Below, piece by piece: positions 57,509 to 64,000 of a stretch of DNA of 64,000 nt (positions are counted from its first letter, which is position 1; the number at the start of each line of letters is the position of its first letter). Source of the DNA: a virus (Duplodnaviria; Caudoviricetes); the IMG/VR virus record IMGVR_UViG_2706795742_000001, positions 11,168-75,167 of that record; one strand, given 5' to 3'. The position numbers and the translations under genes are program-made. The notes below the pieces were generated by a model that saw only the letters and a list, made by a program, of their open reading frames with translations, made no database searches and had not been told where the DNA came from.

Positions 57509-57700
57509 CTAGCGGGTCCGGTCGCTGGTATCTGCGGATAACGCGCGTACGCGCGCCATAGCTTGCCGGTGGAAATTACGCGCGGCGCTGACCAGTGCCA
57601 GCACTGTAATAACCAGCACAGCTAGCGCGGTAATGCTGAGCACTACTGAAACCGTGAACCATATCGCGTTAAAGAAATTCAGCATGGAATCTCTGAGCAT
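57509..57700 (-). CDS. small single-pass membrane protein
   Basis: 63 aa, long hydrophobic segment, GGAG RBS. Confidence 0.65.
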   Translation of the reverse strand: MLRDSMLNFFNAIWFTVSVVLSITALAVLVITVLALVSAARNFHRQAMARVRALSADTSDRTR

Positions 57701-57704
57701 GGTT

Positions 57705-58211
57705 TTATGCTCCGTTCTTTTTGCTGGTCGCGCGCATAGCGCGTAACCATCCGCGCAATTCTGACAGGTCGCTAAATGCTAGCGACCGAGTGTTATTGCT
57801 CAGATGAATATGGGGGAGAATCGCGCTAGCCTGGTCACCTTTATAAATTCCGTAGTAGAATTGCGTGCCGCCTATTTCCACGATTCCCCTGTCTGGAATA
57901 ACGCGCTCGGCGTAGCGGGTGAGAGTTTCGACCAGTTCGGAAAAGTCCGGTAGCGCAGAGTCACAGTAAGGGGAAACCGGAAAACGTGCCAGCGCGCCGG
58001 AAATGTACGCGGCGCATTCTTTCAGTGAACTGGAATACAGGTTATGAATGCCGCCATATTCGTTAGCCGTCTGACAGAGCATGTAATGATTATCCTGTGC
58101 CCTGAGAGTTACAGCGCCGGTAATGCTTGCCATGTTTCCGGATTCATAGCCATTTCGGCTATTGAGTAGCATTACCTTATTTTCCACGTCTTTTCTGTTA
58201 ATGCGTGCCAT
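57705..58211 (-). CDS. hypothetical protein
   Basis: 168 aa, CACAGACAGG motif. Confidence 0.75.
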   Translation of the reverse strand: MARINRKDVENKVMLLNSRNGYESGNMASITGAVTLRAQDNHYMLCQTANEYGGIHNLYSSSLKECAAYISGALARFPVSPYCDSALPDFSELVETLTRYAERVIPDRGIVEIGGTQFYYGIYKGDQASAILPHIHLSNNTRSLAFSDLSELRGWLRAMRATSKKNGA

Positions 58212-58327
58212 TTTTCTAGTCCTGTCTGTGAGTGTTTTTATTGTTGCTGTGAATTAATCAGTGAACACTAGCCGAATTTCGCTGTAAATATACAGCGCCA
58301 TGAATGCGGCTAGAGCTGCCCATAACA

Positions 58328-58510
58328 TTAGGTGTCCAAACATTCGGCCGGGTCAATGGTGCCGTTATTATTCTGGTCACCGTAAACCGTGCCGTCCTGA
58401 GCGACGTAAACCGGGATACCGTCGCCACAGGGATAAATGGGGAGCGTCACGTCACCGTGCGGCGTGAGATTAAGCGCGGCGACCATGAGAGCGGTAACGA
58501 GAGTGAGCAT
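58328..58510 (-). CDS. small secreted/membrane peptide with EF-hand-type loop
   Basis: Hydrophobic N-terminus, two Cys, DQNNNGTIDPAE; CACAGACAGG motif. Confidence 0.65.
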   Translation of the reverse strand: MLTLVTALMVAALNLTPHGDVTLPIYPCGDGIPVYVAQDGTVYGDQNNNGTIDPAECLDT

Positions 58511-59749
58511 GATTAATCCTGTCCTGTCTGTGCTGATTGAAACCTAGTGCGAGTCTACAGGACTAGCTCAGCTAATGCCAGTCCCTAAACACTCTAGGTC
58601 AGGTTGAGGCAAGTCGAGCCTAAGTCTCAACCTGAACTCTAGACTTATGCCAGTCCCTTAATGGTGCCTGTATGCCTCACAGAGCGACTAACAGCGCTTT
58701 CGGGTACCCGCGTACGGAATCGCGCTAAAAGTCGCTCAGCGTTTAAACGTGCTGGTCAGAGCGGGTAAATTTGTACCTGTTCGCGCGGGCGCGGAACCTA
58801 CCTATTGACTGTCACCCGGCACTGTGCTAGCGGCCTGGTTTTGACATATTGCTAGCGCTGTGCTAGCGGCGCCGCTCTGTATCTGGTCCGGCTAGCGCGG
58901 GCTGTATTCGGGGGAGTAATGACGCTCGGTTAATGCTCACTAACTGAGCGGTATTACTGCCTGTATATACATGCAGGTATATATACCTACCTGTATGTAT
59001 GGCACTCACCTATTAAGGGACTGTCATAAGGTAGTGGCACTCGGTGCCACGTTAATAATCGACGGTCTGATATGGCGGGTTCTAGTGCAGTGAATAACGG
59101 GACTGGCAGATATAAAAACGCATGACGATGAATATCGGGAGAGTGAACGGCGAATTTTTTTAATATTGCTCAGAGTTAAAGGGGAGTACTAAAAAATATG
59201 CCGGGATAAAAAGGTCGACCCGCTTAATAACGGTGTGGTGCTAGGTTTTGGTCTGCCTGAAAAGATATGACAGAGTTTCTTGGGTGTTTGGGGATATTGA
59301 CCCGCCGAAAAGATGGGATGGGGCAATTTCGGCATATTACTTCTCTCGTTTGGGCGAAAATATAGCCCTACAGCACTTCTCAGCGCTTACTTTTTCGCTC
59401 TGAGAGCACGTCTAGCCGCGTGCTAGCGTGTCCGCCCTGTCTCCGGTCCGACTGTCCCGGTATGCCTCACGCGCGCTAGCGCGGTGTGTAATTAACCCTA
59501 TGGCACTAGCCGATAACCTACGCGGATATTGCCGATAACAGACGTTATCGGCTAAAAGAATATCCCCCGGTTATCGGCAATTTTCCAGCATATAGAATTA
59601 CCCGGCTCAGCGGCCGGCGAAATGACAGTCTCTAATAATACCGTGGGCCGGCAAAGTTGCCAGTCTCTAATAATTGGGACCAATTTTTTCCGAACAGGTA
59701 TAAGGTGAGAATTTGCTCTATCCCCCTCACACATTTATGGAAAAAATCA

Positions 59750-60200
59750 AAGGCAAAAGGGACTGGCATTTAACTTACCACAAAAGCACATAAGGGACTG
59801 GCATAGATATACCATCCCCAACCCATCTGTAATACCAGGTGCAGAATCCCCTTTAACTCGTGATCGCTACTCCGTTACTAGACTTCATTCCCGGCTCCGG
59901 GGTAAAGCGAAAATCGAGAGTCTGTGCAGGTCAGAGTAGGTAGTAGTAGGTATATATATATATATATTTATTCCTTTATTCTTTTATTCACTCTTTTCTT
60001 CGTCTCCACATTCCAGTCCCCCCTCACTCGTCCCCCCTCTCCCCCTCTCGGACCGGGTTAACGAGAGAAAGTGGAATAAGGGTCTGGCATACGGTACCTG
60101 ACCTGCGGATATGGTGAAGAATAACCTATATTCCCGGCCCTCAGTCTTACCCCATTCCCAAGTATTTACCTACCCAAAACGGACATGCCAGTCCCCAGCC
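59750..60200. promoter_or_regulatory. candidate replication origin
   Basis: (TA)8 run at 59951-59966 and AT/pyrimidine tract flanked by TGCCAGTCCC-type repeats, next to primase-helicase. Confidence 0.4.
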
Positions 60201-60259
60201 TCCCGCTCGCGCACGTCTTTTAATGCCGTCCAGCCCGTCAGACAGCCGGACCAGAGACA

Positions 60260-60299
60260 GAAAAACCCCACTGCCTAGCTAGTTGCAGTGGGGTTTTTC
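60260..60299 (-). terminator. intrinsic terminator after primase-helicase
   Basis: gaaaaaccccactgc / gcagtggggtttttc. Confidence 0.8.
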
Positions 60300-60325
60300 T
60301 TGGCCCTGTTTCAAGCCATATGAAA

Positions 60326-62344
60326 TTATTCAGTGTGCATTCGGAATGTGTCGCCGTCAATAAGACGTTTCTTGCGGGAGCCCTCGGGCTGGAACATAAC
60401 AACAAGATCGTCATTAATCATGCTGTTTTTAATGTACTCATAATCCCGTGCCACAAATACTCCCTTCATCCCCTTTTGAACGCGCTGCTTAAGAACGGAG
60501 GGCGGCAAACCTTCAATCCCGGCTTTCTGCAAAAACTGAGTGATCCTTCCCTGGTATTTATCGTCTGTGTGAATGTCGAGCTTGTCGATTTCCTGAGAAC
60601 CATTGACCTTGATAATCCAGTGGATCAAACTCTCAGCCAAATCCAGCGACCGATCCGTGATATGATCTTCGTGATAAAGCGCGCACGAAAGAAGCGTGAG
60701 TTTCTTATACAGCAAGTGCAACCGCTGCAAGCCATTAATATGGTCGTGCTTAAATATCACCGTGTCACAGAAATTCACAAAGCGGGTAGACTGTGCAGAA
60801 TATGCAAAGTCCAGCTTGCCGCCACTGTTTTTCATATCACTGGCCCAGTCGCGGATTTCCACCAGCCACGGCACCACCGGATCAAGGTCAATAGTCTTTC
60901 CCAACGCGGAACGCTTCTTGTGATTACCCGGAATAAACAGCCAACGATTCAGGAAGCCGGAAGCTGAATCGTCAGTTCCAGAGAACATCGTATTCAGGAT
61001 TTCCGGCTGCACCGAACTGAGCACACAGCCAAATGCGCCGAATGCTTCGTAGCTGCCGTGAGCAAGTGAAGTGCCGCCAACACTCGGCCCGCAGTCGTAG
61101 ATTTCGATCAGACTGGTTTTGATCGTGCTGCCACGGTTATCGGACTTCGCCACGAGGCTAGCCAGCTCTTCAAATTCAATCAGCCCGCGAACCGGATGGG
61201 AAACCTTCGGCACCGCCTGACGCGACCTTTTCTGTGGCGCACCACCCGGAGTAAGCGGCGCAATACCAGGATTCTGCGCCGCAGGGTCCGGTGATTCATG
61301 AATAAAAGATTTAGTCATGGACTCGCCGGAACCCGGCTGTTTGATCCGCTTAATGCCGTCGGAATATGCGTCGTCTTCATCGAATTTCAGCTCGTCCCGT
61401 GACACGAGATTCTTGATATGACTCATACTCCGCGACTTCCCCGCGCTAGTCGGACCGGAAAGGCAAACGAACAGATTGCCGTACACCAGCGGCGAATCAG
61501 CCATTGCGGCGTCGCGGCCAATAAGAAGCCCGAGCAGCAGCATGAAATTCCAGAAGTGATATTCCTCTGCAATATCATCCTGCGACACAAGCTCCATATA
61601 CACCCTGAGCGCGGTATCGTTTTCGATCAGGTTTCGCCAGTCCAGCGGCTCAACCTTTCCGTCTTCGTCCAGATCATCCGGCAGGTTAATACCAGGATCA
61701 GCATTCAGCGGAGTGTTGTCCGGCTTATTCAGCACATGCCCGGTAGGCAAGTTCAGCACTTTTGCTAGCTGAGCTTTCTGGTGAGCCTGAGTGCGGTAAT
61801 AATTTCCATCCGTGGCTTGGTGGAATTCCCAGCCCAAACTGAGAAGATTATTAGCGTCAAACACAGCCTTGTGAACCATGTTTTCCGGACACCGGCCAGT
61901 GCTCGCGGATTCATAACCCATACGGTGCGCAATCATGTCGATCACGTCGCCCTGAATTTCGCAACCGAAGCACTTGTAGACATTCAGGCTAGTGTTAATG
62001 CTCATGCTGGGATTGCGGTCACCATTTGCATGGCCGTGCTTATTGAAGCAACTAACCTGAGTTTCCGTGCCGCGCGTGCTGGCTACTTCTTTTCCGGGGA
62101 AAAGCCTGCGGTAGACTTTTACCAGATCAATGCTTTTCAGCTCTTCCTTGGCGCCGTCCTTGGTATTTTGAGAACCAGTCCCTTTAAGTTGAGACAGGTT
62201 CGTGCCGCCGGTTCCCGCTGCCTTCGTCACAGGGGCCGCCTGTGCGGTGCCCCGTGGCCGCAGAGCTACCAGATTTGGACGTGCAGGGTCGGCGGTGGTT
62301 CCACCCGCACCGTTATTGCCGTGAGGCGTGTCAGCTTGCGTCAC
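60326..62344 (-). CDS. primase zinc-finger (CHC2) / helicase-like (DUF3987-type) protein
   Basis: CF...H...DRNPSMSI...YKCFGC...GDVID; P-loop GPTSAGKS; FEELASL. Confidence 0.85.
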   Translation of the reverse strand: MTQADTPHGNNGAGGTTADPARPNLVALRPRGTAQAAPVTKAAGTGGTNLSQLKGTGSQNTKDGAKEELKSIDLVKVYRRLFPGKEVASTRGTETQVSCFNKHGHANGDRNPSMSINTSLNVYKCFGCEIQGDVIDMIAHRMGYESASTGRCPENMVHKAVFDANNLLSLGWEFHQATDGNYYRTQAHQKAQLAKVLNLPTGHVLNKPDNTPLNADPGINLPDDLDEDGKVEPLDWRNLIENDTALRVYMELVSQDDIAEEYHFWNFMLLLGLLIGRDAAMADSPLVYGNLFVCLSGPTSAGKSRSMSHIKNLVSRDELKFDEDDAYSDGIKRIKQPGSGESMTKSFIHESPDPAAQNPGIAPLTPGGAPQKRSRQAVPKVSHPVRGLIEFEELASLVAKSDNRGSTIKTSLIEIYDCGPSVGGTSLAHGSYEAFGAFGCVLSSVQPEILNTMFSGTDDSASGFLNRWLFIPGNHKKRSALGKTIDLDPVVPWLVEIRDWASDMKNSGGKLDFAYSAQSTRFVNFCDTVIFKHDHINGLQRLHLLYKKLTLLSCALYHEDHITDRSLDLAESLIHWIIKVNGSQEIDKLDIHTDDKYQGRITQFLQKAGIEGLPPSVLKQRVQKGMKGVFVARDYEYIKNSMINDDLVVMFQPEGSRKKRLIDGDTFRMHTE

Positions 62345-62347
62345 CGA

Positions 62348-62839
62348 TTATCCCTGCCGTTCTGTGAGTGTGCTTGTCGGTTCAAATACCTGCCCCTTGT
62401 GACCGCACTTCGTGCAGATATTCCTGTCACCGGGAAATGGTTCGTTCCAAAAGTGTCCGCCTGCTGCTCGGCACTTTTCTGCTGCCAGCTTTTGAGCCTC
62501 GGCCTTGCGCTTGTTTTGGTAATCCTGCCAATCCTTCTTGCGGCATTCTTTACATGCGGTGCGTAGACCATCTACCTTGCTTTTGTCCGCAGAGAAGTAC
62601 GCTCGGTCCTTCTTTTTGCGGCACTTGGAGCAAATCTTGGTCTTTCCAGTCAACTCCGTCTTATCGACGTGGCCGCGCCCCTTAAAACCCTGCTTGTAGG
62701 CGGGGTAGCTGGACAGGCACGTCTTGCAAATATTGCGGTATCCGTCTTTTCGGGTCGGATCAGGGTAAAAATACTCAATAGGCAGGGTATCTTCACACTT
62801 TGTGCATGTTTTTTGTGTAATCTTCACAGTTTCATTCAT
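62348..62839 (-). CDS. tandem CxxC...CxxC zinc-finger protein
   Basis: KTCTKC...YF...KDG...CKTC and KICSKC...YF...VDG...CKEC; no nuclease core visible. Confidence 0.7.
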   Translation of the reverse strand: MNETVKITQKTCTKCEDTLPIEYFYPDPTRKDGYRNICKTCLSSYPAYKQGFKGRGHVDKTELTGKTKICSKCRKKKDRAYFSADKSKVDGLRTACKECRKKDWQDYQNKRKAEAQKLAAEKCRAAGGHFWNEPFPGDRNICTKCGHKGQVFEPTSTLTERQG

Positions 62840-62867
62840 GTTTTATGTCCTTTCTCGCTAGTTTTTT

Positions 62868-63626
62868 CTAGTTTTCAAGCAGCTTTTCAAGCAAAATCAC
62901 AGGATCAGAAACCCTGCTGAGCGTGTAATCTTGGTCTTCCAGGTCAACAAAAAAGCCTGGCTTGCCAGACTTTTTGTTAATTCCCATCTCCATGCGCACT
63001 AGATTGCCGTAATTTTCGGCTCGATCCTGCTTCGGAAACAGCTCGAAATCGAACAACATGAACGTCTGGTCCCACGGATCGCCTGTATAATTCACGCCAT
63101 TGGCGTTGTCAGCCTGAATGAGATAGCCGAAATCATCAATTACGGCGTGACCCAGTGCTCTCAAATCGGCTGCATTGACTTGCTCGCCCGGCGAAGGGAA
63201 GCCGTAAACATGTATTCCCTTGCTCCCGGAAAAGCTAACCAGGGTTTTGATCCCCATTTTGCTAATTCGGTATTCCAGCAGTCTTGCGACAGTCTTAAGC
63301 TGCCATTCCAGCCAGTGCCGCTCAGGTGAATCTGCTCCGCTTTCCTGCCAGAGCTTGCGAGGGTATTTAAGCTTGGTGTTTTCGCTGAGACGTGAGATTT
63401 CTTTGCGGAAATCAACATCGAAGCAAAAGAATTTCGCCTTGTCGCCGTTCAGAACATAGTGACCATATGTTCTGTGACCCTCTAAGTGAGCCCTGATAAT
63501 TTTCCTGTCCCAAACCATTCCGTCCTGTGGCGAATAAGCGCCGTTGCCGTGCTGTTCTGCTACGGCGTCGGGCCGCGCGATCAGCAACCGCGCGAGCGCG
63601 TTTTCCAGACGTTCGGGGTAGCTCAT
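62868..63626 (-). CDS. archaeo-eukaryotic primase (AEP/primpol) domain protein
   Basis: GHY...FFCFDVD, SGSKGIHVY, FPKQD...YGNLVR. Confidence 0.85.
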   Translation of the reverse strand: MSYPERLENALARLLIARPDAVAEQHGNGAYSPQDGMVWDRKIIRAHLEGHRTYGHYVLNGDKAKFFCFDVDFRKEISRLSENTKLKYPRKLWQESGADSPERHWLEWQLKTVARLLEYRISKMGIKTLVSFSGSKGIHVYGFPSPGEQVNAADLRALGHAVIDDFGYLIQADNANGVNYTGDPWDQTFMLFDFELFPKQDRAENYGNLVRMEMGINKKSGKPGFFVDLEDQDYTLSRVSDPVILLEKLLEN

Positions 63627-63724
63627 ACCTATATCTCCTGTCTGCGCCGGGTGAGTGTCCGGCTTGCCGATCAGACTCTACCCTAGTCAACCGGGTAATG
63701 CCAGTCCTTATTCAAAGACGCTGG

Positions 63725-64000
63725 TCACCGTGCTACACTGAGGTCGGTTGCAGGGGTCGCGCGTCCGCCGGGGCGCACGCGGTAGTGCTGTATCGTGAGA
63801 CCAGCGAGCAGAGGGTTATCGGTAATCGCACCCAGAGTTCTGGTAGTAATTATCCATCGTAGTGAGTGCGGTGGTTGATTATAATAATCCAGAACAGCAG
63901 GTGCTTTTACTAGCTCGTTAATATAGTTGTAGCTGCACCTTCTTGTTATGCAGAAAATCCAGAACCTGTGTGAATAATTTGATACTGTTTGATTTGTAGA
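63725..64000 (-). CDS. possible 3' end of an upstream gene (partial)
   Basis: One - strand frame is open from the window end to TGA at 63725; no homology evidence. Confidence 0.3.
   Translation of the reverse strand, partial: STNQTVSNYSHRFWIFCITRRCSYNYINELVKAPAVLDYYNQPPHSLRWIITTRTLGAITDNPLLAGLTIQHYRVRPGGRATPATDLSVAR

Noticed and set aside
59178-59190. AAAGGGGAGTA resembles the start of the yybP-ykoY riboswitch
   Set aside because: Rest of the aptamer is absent; the sequence is part of the 13-bp DNA repeat found in both orientations

Overview
A 64 kb stretch of a long-tailed dsDNA actinobacteriophage (siphovirus). The gene inventory recalls Gordonia/Rhodococcus phages of the GTE7/ReqiDocB7 type; this is from memory and not verified by search. 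The + strand (1-26.8 kb) carries head-tail connectors, major tail protein, a tail chaperone with an AAATTTC -1 frameshift, a 3272-aa tape measure with NlpC/P60-like and lytic-transglycosylase domains, five minor tail genes and an elaborate lysis cassette. The cassette has a stand-alone DUF1906 glycoside hydrolase, a stand-alone amidase, a separate LysA-C-terminal-like protein, membrane proteins, an embedded two-ORF C5 methyltransferase and lysin B. After a bidirectional terminator at 26.87 kb the - strand carries MazG-like genes, ThyX, Cas4/RecB-like nuclease, WhiB, RusA, sliding clamp, oligoribonuclease, SNF2 helicase, a lipoprotein, SSB-like protein, a solo tyrosine recombinase, SLOG protein, a SAM methyltransferase, a VWA/MoxR-AAA+ pair, a ~5.5 kb largely non-coding motif-dense region (54.8-60.3 kb), a zinc-finger primase-helicase and an AEP primase. 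No tRNA, rRNA or CRISPR array was found. Top leads: (1) a shared (D/S)(A/D)(V/I)xxQ(F/L)MGT peptide at the C-termini of both split lysin catalytic genes and the N-terminus of the separate C-terminal-domain gene, suggesting a multi-subunit endolysin; (2) a two-copy structured RNA-like element with compensatory stems at 38.7 and 43.3 kb; (3) several families of dispersed DNA motifs, a 3x74-bp repeat array and a G4/A-tract element; (4) a MoxR AAA+ ATPase with Cys4 repeats and a C-terminal AT-hook; (5) short GC3-rich patches recurring inside genes every few kb. All family assignments come from motif recognition by eye, not database searches.
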